NCBI GenBank assembly: GCA_002347645.1
Contig: DDYF01000060.1
Location: 38,663 to 102,662, forward strand
Origin: Thermoleophilia bacterium UBA2241
Lineage (GTDB): Bacteria > Actinomycetota > Thermoleophilia > UBA2241
Reading direction: 5' to 3'
DNA length: 64,000 bases
Shown here: positions 19,464 to 28,102 of the stretch, piece by piece
Numbering within the stretch: position 1 is the first letter of the stretch
Layout of the letters: each line of letters starts with the position of its first letter
Program-made: the position numbers and the translations under genes
Notes under the pieces: model-generated
What the model saw: the letters and a program-made list of their open reading frames with translations, nothing else
What the model was told of the DNA's origin: nothing
Database searches by the model: none

Positions 19464-20855
19464 TCAGCCCTCCTTGACGCCCTTGCCGAACGTCTTGGAG
19501 ACCTCGGCGACCGACTCCTCGACGATGTCGCAGCCTAGGGTGAAGAGCTCCGGCGGCATGTTGAGGGCCGGCGTCGGCCGGAACCAGTTGAACGCCGGCT
19601 CGTAGATCGGGATGACGCCGCGGCGCTCCATCGCGTAGACGACCTCGCGCGTGATGTCGTGCGCCGGCGTCTTGGAGTCCTTGTCCTCGACGAACTCGAC
19701 GCACTGGTAGCAGCCCTTCACGCGCACGTCGCCCACGACTTCGTACTTCTCCTTCATCGCGCCGAACTTCTGGAGGGCGATGCGCTCGATCTCCTTGACG
19801 TTGTCCAGCACCTTGTCGCGCTTGATGATCTCGATCATCTTGATGCCGACGGCGCACCCGACGGGCGAGCCGGCGAAGGTGCCGCCGGTGTACAGGTTGC
19901 CGGCGGGCTCGCTCATGTGGTCCGAGCCCAGGGTGTAGCAGATGGGGATCAGGCCTCCCGACGTGCCCTTGCCGAGCGAGAGCAGCTCACACTCGACGCC
20001 CGGGTACGCGTCGAGCAGGAACCACTCGCCGCAGCGCCCCATCCCCTCCTGGACCTCGTCGTTGTAGAAGATCCAGCCATGCTTCTTGCACAGGTCGGAG
20101 AGCCGCTTCGGCCACTCGGGCGGCGGGATCTGGATGCCGTTCTCACCCTGGATGAGCTCGACGGCGACGCCGGCGATGCTGTCGGGCGTCGCCTTGTAGC
20201 GCAGGATCATCTCCTCGATGTACTCGAGGCAGGCGACGTCGCAGGATGGGTAGTCGAGGTGGTACGGGCAGCGGTAGCAGGTGGGGAAGGGGACGTTGAT
20301 CCAGCCGCTCATGAACGGCTCGATGGCGTGGTTGTAGTGGGCGTTGTGCGGGCCCATGGCGCCGGTGCCGTAGTTGCCGCCGTGGAAGCTGCCCAGGAAG
20401 GTGATGACGAAGGGGCGGCCGGGTCCGGCGGCCTCGCGCATGATGCGCACGGCGTTCTCGACGACCTCGCTGCCGGTCGTGTCGTAGACGATCCGGCTGA
20501 GCGGCTCGGGGGCGATCTCCATGAGCTTCTCGGCGAGCTCGTACTGGTGCCAGACGGTCAGCGACGAGAGACATTCCGTGCCGTACTCCTTGAGGGCCGT
20601 GTGGGCGGCCTCGACGAGCTCGGGGTTGCCGCCGCCGAGCGGCGACGACGCCCAGCCGGCCAGCCAGTCGATGTAGCGGTTGCCGTCGACGTCTTCGAGG
20701 AACCAGCCGTCCCGGTAGCGCGAGACGAAGTGGCTCGGCGGCCACGCGCCGATGAGCGACACGCCGAGCATGATCTCCCCGGCGCGCTTGAACAGACGGG
20801 TGCTCTCCGGGCCCGGGGGTGGTGTCTTCACGCGGGGGCCGTCGAACTGTGCCAT
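19464..20855 (-). CDS. class-III (omega) aminotransferase, PLP-dependent
   Basis: Fold-type I class III layout, lysine motif LSLGKGTSGG, 463 aa. Confidence 0.8.
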   Translation of the reverse strand: MAQFDGPRVKTPPPGPESTRLFKRAGEIMLGVSLIGAWPPSHFVSRYRDGWFLEDVDGNRYIDWLAGWASSPLGGGNPELVEAAHTALKEYGTECLSSLTVWHQYELAEKLMEIAPEPLSRIVYDTTGSEVVENAVRIMREAAGPGRPFVITFLGSFHGGNYGTGAMGPHNAHYNHAIEPFMSGWINVPFPTCYRCPYHLDYPSCDVACLEYIEEMILRYKATPDSIAGVAVELIQGENGIQIPPPEWPKRLSDLCKKHGWIFYNDEVQEGMGRCGEWFLLDAYPGVECELLSLGKGTSGGLIPICYTLGSDHMSEPAGNLYTGGTFAGSPVGCAVGIKMIEIIKRDKVLDNVKEIERIALQKFGAMKEKYEVVGDVRVKGCYQCVEFVEDKDSKTPAHDITREVVYAMERRGVIPIYEPAFNWFRPTPALNMPPELFTLGCDIVEESVAEVSKTFGKGVKEG

Positions 20856-20858
20856 GGG

Positions 20859-21338
20859 TCAGCCTCCTGGTTCGCGGACGTCGGTCGCGGGCGACCACTG
20901 GTAGTTGTCTTTGAGGACCTTGAGCATGAGCAGCAGCTCGGCCTCCATGATGCCGGGGATCGGCCGGATGCGGTTCACGAGCAGGTCGTACAGCGCCTCA
21001 CGGTCGTGGCAGACGACGCCGACCGTGAGGTCGAAGCGCCCGGCGCAGATGCCGACGAAGTCGACCTCCGGCAGCGCGGCGATCTCTTGCGCCGCCTGCC
21101 GCAGCCGGTCGCCGGCGACGCGGATGTCGATCTGCGCCGACAGCAGCCCCAGGTCGAGCGGGCTCGAGGCGGCGACGATCTGGATGACCTTGCGCTTGAT
21201 GAGGCGCGAGACCCGCTGGCGGACGCTCGCCTCGGAGATGCCGAGGTCCTTGGCGATCCTCGTGTACGGACGGCGCCCGTCCTGCTGCAGGTGCGTGATG
21301 ATCTTCGCGTCGACGCTGTCGAGGCCGATGCCGCGCAT
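20859..21338 (-). CDS. Lrp/AsnC-family transcriptional regulator
   Basis: HTH DAKIITHLQQDGRRPYTRIAKDLGISEASV plus RAM domain. Confidence 0.85.
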   Translation of the reverse strand: MRGIGLDSVDAKIITHLQQDGRRPYTRIAKDLGISEASVRQRVSRLIKRKVIQIVAASSPLDLGLLSAQIDIRVAGDRLRQAAQEIAALPEVDFVGICAGRFDLTVGVVCHDREALYDLLVNRIRPIPGIMEAELLLMLKVLKDNYQWSPATDVREPGG

Positions 21339-21494
21339 TCTGCTCCTTTCCCCGCCCCATTCTACGAATCGGCGCAGCGAAAGGCCAGCGTTTCTGCGAT
21401 TTCGGCAGGCGCAGAGTAGCGGGAAGCCGTCCGGCGATAGGATGCGCAGCGAGGCGCGGCGCCGGCCGTGCCGCCCGGCGACAAGGAGACCAGC

Positions 21495-22064
21495 ATGAAG
21501 ATAGAGCGGAGGCCGACGACGGCGCTGCTGCCCAATCCCGTCGTCCTCGTGAGCGCCGCGGGTGGCGCCGGGGACGGCAACTTCCTCACCATCGCCTGGG
21601 TGGGGACGGTGTGCTCGTCGCCGCCGATGGTGAGCGTCGCCATCCGCCCGTCGCGCTACTCATACGACCTCGTCAGCGCCGCGCGCGAGTTCGTCGTCAA
21701 CATCCCGAACGCGGAGCAGCTCGAGGGGGTGGACGTCGCCGGCGTCTGGTCGGGCCGCGAGCACGACAAGTTCGCCGAGCTCGGGTTCACGGCCCTGTCG
21801 GCGACCAAGGTCGGCGCGCCGCTGATCGCCGAGTGCCCGGTCAACCTCGAGTGCGTGGTGCGTCACCAGCTGGCACTCGGGGCGCACGACCTGTTCATCG
21901 CCGAGATCGTGGCGACGCACTACGACGAGGAAGTGCTCGACAGTCGCGGTCGGCTCAAGCCCAATGCCCTGCACCCGTTCACGCTCGTCGGCGGTGAGTA
22001 CTGGTCGCTCGGCGAGCGTATCGGCCTGTACGGCGCCGCGGCCAAGGCGCGCGCGAAGGAGTGA
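21495..22064 (+). CDS. flavin reductase-like (FMN-binding split-barrel) protein
   Basis: VVLVSAAG...NFLTIAWVGTVCSSPPMVSV...GREHDKF motifs; RBS AAGGAG. Confidence 0.75.
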   Translation: MKIERRPTTALLPNPVVLVSAAGGAGDGNFLTIAWVGTVCSSPPMVSVAIRPSRYSYDLVSAAREFVVNIPNAEQLEGVDVAGVWSGREHDKFAELGFTALSATKVGAPLIAECPVNLECVVRHQLALGAHDLFIAEIVATHYDEEVLDSRGRLKPNALHPFTLVGGEYWSLGERIGLYGAAAKARAKE

Positions 22065-22089
22065 GGCCGGTCCTCCGGCCGGCGTTGCG

Positions 22090-23268
22090 TCAGGTCGGGG
22101 GTCCTCCGTGCAGACGGGCCGCCAGCCCCGCCAGAGCGAGGTCGCGGGCGTCCTCGGCGCTCGCCTCGGCCGCCCACCAGTGCGCGTCGAGCTCGGCGCC
22201 CTGCACGACTCGCCGATACAGCTCGGGGGTGGCTACGTAGTGGGCGCTGCGTCCTGCGCCCCGGCCGCACAGGAGGCCCGCGGCGACCATCTTGCCCAGG
22301 TCGTGCGACGCGGTGACACCCGACACGCCGGCCGTCCCGCGGTAGAAGCGGTTCGTGACGTCGCGCGCGAAGAAGGCGTCGTACAGCGCGTGGGTCGCGC
22401 GCTCCGCCAGCCCCAGATCGTGGACGGCGACGTCCTCGAGCACCGTCCAGAGGGCGCGCTCCGTGGCGTTGCGCAAGGAGAGCGCCTCGACCTGCGTCGC
22501 CTGCGCGACGACGTGGGCCTCGACGAACGGCGTGACGTCCGCGTCGGGGGCCCACGTGGAGCCAAGGCAGTCGAAGGCGCGGTAGTACTCGTCGGGGTGC
22601 CGGCCCCACCATTCCTCAAGGCTCGTGAACTGCGGCAGACGGTAGCCACCACGGTACATCGCCAGGGACGCCGCGATGCGCGCTGTGCGGCCGTTGCCGT
22701 CGACGAACGGGTGGATGCCGGCAAGTGAGACATGAACGATGGCCGCCTTCAGCGCTGCGGGCTCGGCGGCCTCGTCCATCCACGTGCAGACCTCCGCGAT
22801 CGCCCGCGGGACGACATCGGCCGTGGGTGGCAGGTAGACCCTGTCGCCGGACGCGCTGTTCGTCAGCCAGTTCTGCCCGGTGCGGAAGCGCCCGGCACCC
22901 CGGGAGTAGGCGCCCGCCAGCACCCGGTGATGGATGGCCGAGATCAGCTCCGCATGCCAGCCGAACGACTCGGCGTCGGCACGGGCAAGGACGAGGTGCA
23001 TCGCGTCTCGGTAGCCGCGCACGAGGTCGGCGTCGGCGTCGGCGACGCCGGCCGGCCGGTCGCCCGCGAGGATGCGGCGTGCCTCGTCGACGGTGACCGG
23101 CACGCCTTCGAGCATCGTGGACGCCGCCGTCGCCTCGGCCTCGAGGTCGCGACGGGTCCGACCCTTCCAGGTGCGGGGAAGGGGCCCCTGCGCGTCGAGG
23201 CGCGCGCGTAGCTCCTCGATGCGAGCGAGGGCATCGCTAGTGGCGGCGGTGAGCGCGAACCCGAACAC
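22090..23268 (-). CDS. Fic-family protein (AMPylator-type), class II with N-terminal inhibitory motif
   Basis: Active-site HPFVDGNGRTARI; N-terminal STMLEG fits [ST]xxxE[GN] inhibitory helix; C-terminal wHTH-like region. Confidence 0.8.
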   Translation of the reverse strand: MFGFALTAATSDALARIEELRARLDAQGPLPRTWKGRTRRDLEAEATAASTMLEGVPVTVDEARRILAGDRPAGVADADADLVRGYRDAMHLVLARADAESFGWHAELISAIHHRVLAGAYSRGAGRFRTGQNWLTNSASGDRVYLPPTADVVPRAIAEVCTWMDEAAEPAALKAAIVHVSLAGIHPFVDGNGRTARIAASLAMYRGGYRLPQFTSLEEWWGRHPDEYYRAFDCLGSTWAPDADVTPFVEAHVVAQATQVEALSLRNATERALWTVLEDVAVHDLGLAERATHALYDAFFARDVTNRFYRGTAGVSGVTASHDLGKMVAAGLLCGRGAGRSAHYVATPELYRRVVQGAELDAHWWAAEASAEDARDLALAGLAARLHGGPPT

Positions 23269-23289
23269 GACTGCACCTCCGAATCGTCA

Positions 23290-23301
23290 ACGATTAATCG
23301 T
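23290..23301. promoter_or_regulatory. AT-rich palindrome ACGATTAATCGT (nested ATCGT inverted repeats) in divergent Fic/metG promoter region
   Basis: ATCGTcaACGATtaATCGT at 23284-23301 in the only AT-rich stretch of the gap; TAGAAT -10-like box at 23369. Confidence 0.4.
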
Positions 23302-23385
23302 ATAAACACTAACGCGATTATATAGAAAGCCACGGAATCTGTCGAGCGGGCGGGGGACGGCCGGGCGCAGTAGAATAGCCGTCCG

Positions 23386-24918
23386 ATGCGTTACTACGTC
23401 ACCACGCCCATCTACTACGTCAACGCCGAGCCTCACCTCGGGCACGCCTACACGACCATCGCCGCCGACATCCTCGCCCGCTACCACCGCCAGAAGGGCG
23501 ACGACGTCTTCTTCCTCACCGGGACGGACGAGCACGGCACGAAGATCGCCCAGGCGGCCGAGCAGCGCGGGCTCACGCCGCGCGCCCACGTCGACGAGAT
23601 GGCGCCCAAGTTCCGCGAGCTAGCGCGCACGCTCAACGCCAGCAACGACTTCTTCATCCGCACCACCGACCCCGAGCACGAGGCCTTCGTGCAGGGGTTC
23701 GTCGAGAAGCTGCGCGCCGCCGGCGACATCGAGAAGCGCACCTACGGCGGCCTGTACTGCACGCAGTGCGAGGGTTTCTGGTACGAGCGCGACCTGGCGC
23801 CCGACGGCACCTGTCCCGACCACGGGACAAAGCCGACGTGGGTCGAGGAAGAGAACTACTACTTCCTCCTCTCGAAGTACCAGGACCGGCTGAGCGAGTT
23901 CTTCCGCGCCAACCCCGGCTTGGTGAAGCCGAAGTCGCGCTACAACGAGGCGCTGTCGTTCATCGAGCAGGGCCTCGAGGACATCAGCATCAGCCGCTCG
24001 AGCATCACCTGGGGCGTGCCCGTGCCGTGGGACACCGAGCAGGTCATCTACGTGTGGGTCGACGCCCTCATCAACTACCTCTCGGCGCTCACGTACGCGC
24101 GGCCGGGTGAGGACCTCGTTGACCGCTACTGGCCGGTCGTCTACCACCTGCTCGGCAAGGACATCCTCAAGTTCCACGCCGTGATCTGGCCCGCCCTCCT
24201 CTGGAGCGCCGGCTACGAGGCGCCGACGGGCGAGACCATCCACGGGTATCTGTTGATGGGCGGCGAGAAGATGAGCAAGACGCGCGGCAACGTGCTCGAC
24301 CCGTTCGCCGTCATGGAGACCTACGGGCTCGACGCCCTGCGCTTCTACTTGTTCAGAGAGGTGGCGTTCGGGCTCGACGGCACGATATCGCTGGAGGGGT
24401 TCGAGCAGCGTTACACGAACGAGCTCGCCAACGAGCTCGGCAACCTCGTGAGCCGCAGCGTGTCGATGATTGGCAAGTACCGCGAGGGGAGAATCCCTCA
24501 AGCTGGACCTGAGGGTGACGGTTTAGCCGGGGTGGCGGCCGAGGGCGAGGCGATGGTGCGCGCCGCCGGCGCGCACTTCGACGCCGTCGAGATCACGGCC
24601 GCCCTGGAGAGTGTCTGGGAGTACGTGCGGCGCCTCAACAAGCTGGTCGAAGAAGAGGCGCCGTGGAAGCTGGCCAAGGACGAGACGCAGGCCGGGCGCC
24701 TGGACGCCGTGCTGCGTGCCCTGGCGGCCGGCCTGCGTCTCGTCGCCCTGACCCTCTATCCGGTCGTGCCGGACACGGCGGTCGAGATCCTGCGCCGCCT
24801 CGGGCAGCCCAACGGCGATGCCGACCTTCTGCTCGAGGGCGCCGTCTGGGACGGGCTCGTGGCGGCGGCGGTCGACGTCGCTCCGCCGCTCTTCCCGCGC
24901 ATCGAGAAGAGCGCCTGA
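23386..24918 (+). CDS. metG: methionine--tRNA ligase (short form, no C-terminal tRNA-binding domain)
   Basis: HLGHAYTT (HIGH), KMSKTRGN (KMSKS), zinc knuckle CTQCEGF...CPDHG. Confidence 0.92.
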   Translation: MRYYVTTPIYYVNAEPHLGHAYTTIAADILARYHRQKGDDVFFLTGTDEHGTKIAQAAEQRGLTPRAHVDEMAPKFRELARTLNASNDFFIRTTDPEHEAFVQGFVEKLRAAGDIEKRTYGGLYCTQCEGFWYERDLAPDGTCPDHGTKPTWVEEENYYFLLSKYQDRLSEFFRANPGLVKPKSRYNEALSFIEQGLEDISISRSSITWGVPVPWDTEQVIYVWVDALINYLSALTYARPGEDLVDRYWPVVYHLLGKDILKFHAVIWPALLWSAGYEAPTGETIHGYLLMGGEKMSKTRGNVLDPFAVMETYGLDALRFYLFREVAFGLDGTISLEGFEQRYTNELANELGNLVSRSVSMIGKYREGRIPQAGPEGDGLAGVAAEGEAMVRAAGAHFDAVEITAALESVWEYVRRLNKLVEEEAPWKLAKDETQAGRLDAVLRALAAGLRLVALTLYPVVPDTAVEILRRLGQPNGDADLLLEGAVWDGLVAAAVDVAPPLFPRIEKSA

Positions 24919-24940
24919 GCCGGCGCGAGGCGCGCCGCCC

Positions 24941-25744
24941 ATGTCCGACCACAGCGACGTGCGCACGAGCGCCATGCCGACCGGCCTGATCGACTCCCAC
25001 TGCCACCTCGAGCTGCTGCGTGACACCGAGGGTGACCTCGCCGCAGCTTGGCAGACGGGGCTCGAGGCGATCGTGACCATCGGCTTCGACCTCGGCTCGT
25101 CGCGCAAGGCGGCCGCCTTCGCTCGCCGGTACGAGCGCGTGCATGCGGTGGTGGGTCTGTACCCGCACGAGGCCGACAAGCTCGACGACGCGCTGCTCGC
25201 GGAACTCGAGCGGTTGACGCGCGAGCCCAAGGTGGTCGCCGTCGGCGAATGCGGCCTGGACTACTTCCACGATCGCTGTCCGCACGACGTCCAGCGGCGT
25301 GCCTTCTCGGCCCAGATCGACCTGGCCAGGCGCGCCGGCTTGGTGCTCGTCGTTCACACCCGGGAGGCGGCCGCCGACACCATGCGCGTGCTCGCCGAGG
25401 AGGCCGCCGGCCTGACCGTCGTGCTGCACTGCTTCTCGCTCCCCGGCCACGTCGACGAGTGCAACGCGCGCGGCTACTACCAGTCGTTTGCCGGCAACGT
25501 CACGTACAAGAAGGCCGAGGATCTGCGCGCCGCGGCCGCGGCCGTGCGCGACGACCTGCTGCTGGTCGAGACCGACGCGCCCTACCTGACCCCGGTGCCC
25601 CACCGCGGCAAGCCGAACCAGCCGGCCTGGGTGGCGGCCACCGCGGCGGTCGTCGCCGAGGCCCGTGGCTGGACGCTGGAGCGGACTGCCTCGGTCACCA
25701 CGGCCAACGCGCGGCGCGCCTTCGGCCTGCCGGCAGCGGGCTGA
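24941..25744 (+). CDS. tatD: TatD-family metal-dependent hydrolase/DNase
   Basis: IDSHCHLE, VGECGLDY, VVHTREA, ETDAPYL motifs. Confidence 0.85.
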   Translation: MSDHSDVRTSAMPTGLIDSHCHLELLRDTEGDLAAAWQTGLEAIVTIGFDLGSSRKAAAFARRYERVHAVVGLYPHEADKLDDALLAELERLTREPKVVAVGECGLDYFHDRCPHDVQRRAFSAQIDLARRAGLVLVVHTREAAADTMRVLAEEAAGLTVVLHCFSLPGHVDECNARGYYQSFAGNVTYKKAEDLRAAAAAVRDDLLLVETDAPYLTPVPHRGKPNQPAWVAATAAVVAEARGWTLERTASVTTANARRAFGLPAAG

Positions 25745-25747
25745 GCG

Positions 25748-26692
25748 ATGCCCGCCGACCGCGACCGGCCGCCCAGGCCGCGCCCGCTGCACCGCTACGG
25801 CCAGAACCACCTCGTCGACCGCCGCGTGCTCGACGCGATCCTGCGACAGGCCGCGGTGCGGCCCGACGAGGTCGTCCTCGAGGTAGGGGCCGCCGACGGC
25901 CTGCTCACGCGGCCGCTGCTCGAGAGGGCGCGAACCGTGCACGCCTTCGAGGTCGATCGCCGTTACGCGTCGCGTCTTGAGCGGCTGGCCGCCGGGGCGC
26001 CGGGGTTGCGCGTCCATCTCGAGGACGCGCTCAAGGCGCGCCTCGGCGAGCTTGACCCGCAACCGACCGCGCTGGTCGCCAACCTCGCCTACAACATCGC
26101 CATCCCGCTGGTCATGACGACCGTCGCGCAGGTACCCTCGATACGGCGCTGGGCGATCATGGTGCAGAAGGAACTTGGGGAGCGGCTGTTCGCCGTCCCC
26201 GGGACCAAGGCCTACGCCGCGGTGTCGGTGCTCACCCAGTTCAACTGCGAGCTGGAACGGGCGCGGCCGGTGGCGCGCAGCGCCTTCCGGCCGCGCCCGA
26301 ACGTCGAGTCCGCCTTCGTCAGCTTCGCGCGCAGGGTCGCCGCGAGTGACGGAACATGGCTCGTCGGCACGCAACCGCTCGACCGCGACGGCTACGCCGT
26401 CGTCGAGAGGCTCGTCCGCCGCGCCTTCGCCCAGCGGCGCAAGCAGCTCGCGACCTCGCTCGCGGGCGCCGATCCCGGAGCGCCGTCCGTCCCGGCTCCG
26501 GCCGGGGAGGGCGCGGCGCCCGTGACGTCTGGCGTGGGCGCCGCGCCGTCGGGCGGTCACACGATCGGGCGTGCCGACGTGGCCAGGGCCCTGGAGGCGG
26601 TCAGCGCGAGCCCGACGGCGCGTCCCGAGGAGCTTGACCCCGAGCGCTGGCTCGCCTTCGCGCGCGCCTTGGGCTGGCTGGCGACATCGTGA
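25748..26692 (+). CDS. rsmA: 16S rRNA (adenine1518/1519-N6)-dimethyltransferase with Ala/Pro-rich C-terminal extension
   Basis: GQNHLVD, EVGAADGLLT, NLAYNIA motifs. Confidence 0.88.
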   Translation: MPADRDRPPRPRPLHRYGQNHLVDRRVLDAILRQAAVRPDEVVLEVGAADGLLTRPLLERARTVHAFEVDRRYASRLERLAAGAPGLRVHLEDALKARLGELDPQPTALVANLAYNIAIPLVMTTVAQVPSIRRWAIMVQKELGERLFAVPGTKAYAAVSVLTQFNCELERARPVARSAFRPRPNVESAFVSFARRVAASDGTWLVGTQPLDRDGYAVVERLVRRAFAQRRKQLATSLAGADPGAPSVPAPAGEGAAPVTSGVGAAPSGGHTIGRADVARALEAVSASPTARPEELDPERWLAFARALGWLATS

Positions 26693-26708
26693 GAGACGCG
26701 CAACGGGG

Positions 26709-27758
26709 ATGACGGTGGAGATGAACGGCACGCTCGACGCGGTCGAGGTCGCAGCGCCCGCCAAGGTCAACCTTGCGCTGCTCGTCGGACCGCTGCGACC
26801 CGACGGCTTCCACGAGCTCGCCTCCCTGATGGTGCCGGTGACGCTCGGCGATCTGGTCGTCGTGCGGCGCACACCCGGTGAGGACCTCGTCGTCGACTGT
26901 GCGGTGTGCCCCGGCGAGCGGAACCTTGCGGCGCGTATGGTGCGCGAGCTCGAGGCGCGCCTCGAGCGCCGCTTCGAGGTCGCCGTCGACGTGCACAAGC
27001 AGATCCCCGTGGGCGCCGGCCTCGCCGGTGGAAGCTCGGATGCCGCGGCGACGCTCGTCGCGCTCGAGCGTCTCTTCGAGCTCGACCTCTCGCCGCGGTT
27101 GCGCTACGAGGTCGCAGCGGCGGTCGGCTCCGACGTCCCCTTCTTCCTCTGGCCCGGGGCGCAGTTGGCCATGGGACGCGGGCAGCTGCTCAAGGATGTC
27201 GGCCTGGTGGCCCCGCTCAGCTTGGTGATCGCCGTCCCCGAGGTGTCGCTCTCCACGGCCGCCGTCTACGGCTGGAGGGACGAGGACGTCCGGGTGACCT
27301 TGCCCGACTTCGTTCCTCGGGCGCGGATGCTGTCGAGCCGCGTCGCCGCCGCGCGCACCCTGCATGACATCGCCGCGCTGGTCGAGAACGACCTCGAGGC
27401 GAGCGTCGTCGCGCGCCGCCCCGAGGTGGGCGCCCTGCGCGACCGCCTGCTCGCCGAGGGGGCGGCTGCGGCGGCCATGACCGGCAGCGGGTCCGCCGTC
27501 TTCGGCCTCTTCACCGACGTCGAGGCCGCGAGCCGCGCGCGATCGCGGCTGCTCGCGGCCTCACGCGACGCCTCGCCGGACGCGGGCGGCGTCTTGCCGC
27601 CCGGGCGCGTCTTCTGCGTCACCGACCTGCAGGCCGCCCCGGAGGACGGCGCGCACCCGTGGGCCGGCGTGCGGCCCGCGGCGCCCTCGGGCGCTCCCCG
27701 GCGCAAACCGCGACCGGCTCGCCGGCGGCCCTCGGGGCGCCCTCCCGGCGCAAGTTGA
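26709..27758 (+). CDS. ispE: 4-diphosphocytidyl-2-C-methyl-D-erythritol kinase with Pro/Arg-rich C-terminal tail
   Basis: PAKVNLAL, GHMP motif PVGAGLAGGSSDAAA; rsmA-ispE synteny. Confidence 0.88.
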   Translation: MTVEMNGTLDAVEVAAPAKVNLALLVGPLRPDGFHELASLMVPVTLGDLVVVRRTPGEDLVVDCAVCPGERNLAARMVRELEARLERRFEVAVDVHKQIPVGAGLAGGSSDAAATLVALERLFELDLSPRLRYEVAAAVGSDVPFFLWPGAQLAMGRGQLLKDVGLVAPLSLVIAVPEVSLSTAAVYGWRDEDVRVTLPDFVPRARMLSSRVAAARTLHDIAALVENDLEASVVARRPEVGALRDRLLAEGAAAAAMTGSGSAVFGLFTDVEAASRARSRLLAASRDASPDAGGVLPPGRVFCVTDLQAAPEDGAHPWAGVRPAAPSGAPRRKPRPARRRPSGRPPGAS

Positions 27759-27784
27759 CCCCCGCGCCGGGCGGCTGGTATACA
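27755..27784 (+). promoter_or_regulatory. candidate promoter TTGACC-18nt-TATACA for the LKR operon (overlaps ispE stop)
   Basis: -35 TTGACC 27755-27760, -10 TATACA 27779-27784; would give a ~310-nt leader. Confidence 0.4.
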
Positions 27785-27830
27785 CGGGTAGAGAGCGATC
27801 GACGCACCGTCCCCGGATGGGGCGGTGACT

Positions 27831-28052
27831 TCCCGAGGGGGTGTGATAGCTGACCAGGCGGCAGTCGGTCGGTCGTCACGCGCCTGGTGGCATCGTCCCA
27901 TCGCGTTCGCGCTGATCTCCCCTCGAGCTCGACCGTCGCGGACGTCGTCTGTCCACTGCGTGGCGCTTGCGCGGCGTCCACGCGCACCGCTCCCGACCCG
28001 CCTGCCCGTCATGTTCTCGCGCGACCCTTTTCGGGAGGTGTGATAGCTGACC
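27831..28052 (+). repeat. two copies of GAGG(G)GTGTGATAGCTGACC in the LKR leader (27831-27855 and 28029-28052)
   Basis: 15-nt core GTGTGATAGCTGACC identical in both copies, 197 nt apart. Confidence 0.85.
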
Positions 28053-28102
28053 GACCTTCCAGCTGATCGCAGCACGTCATCATCCGCACTGGAGGGCTGA
28101 TC

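Noticed and set aside
27790-28100. Calling the LKR leader a lysine (L-box) riboswitch
   Set aside because: I could not align the conserved L-box segments by eye. It is kept as an unclassified structured leader pending an Rfam scan.
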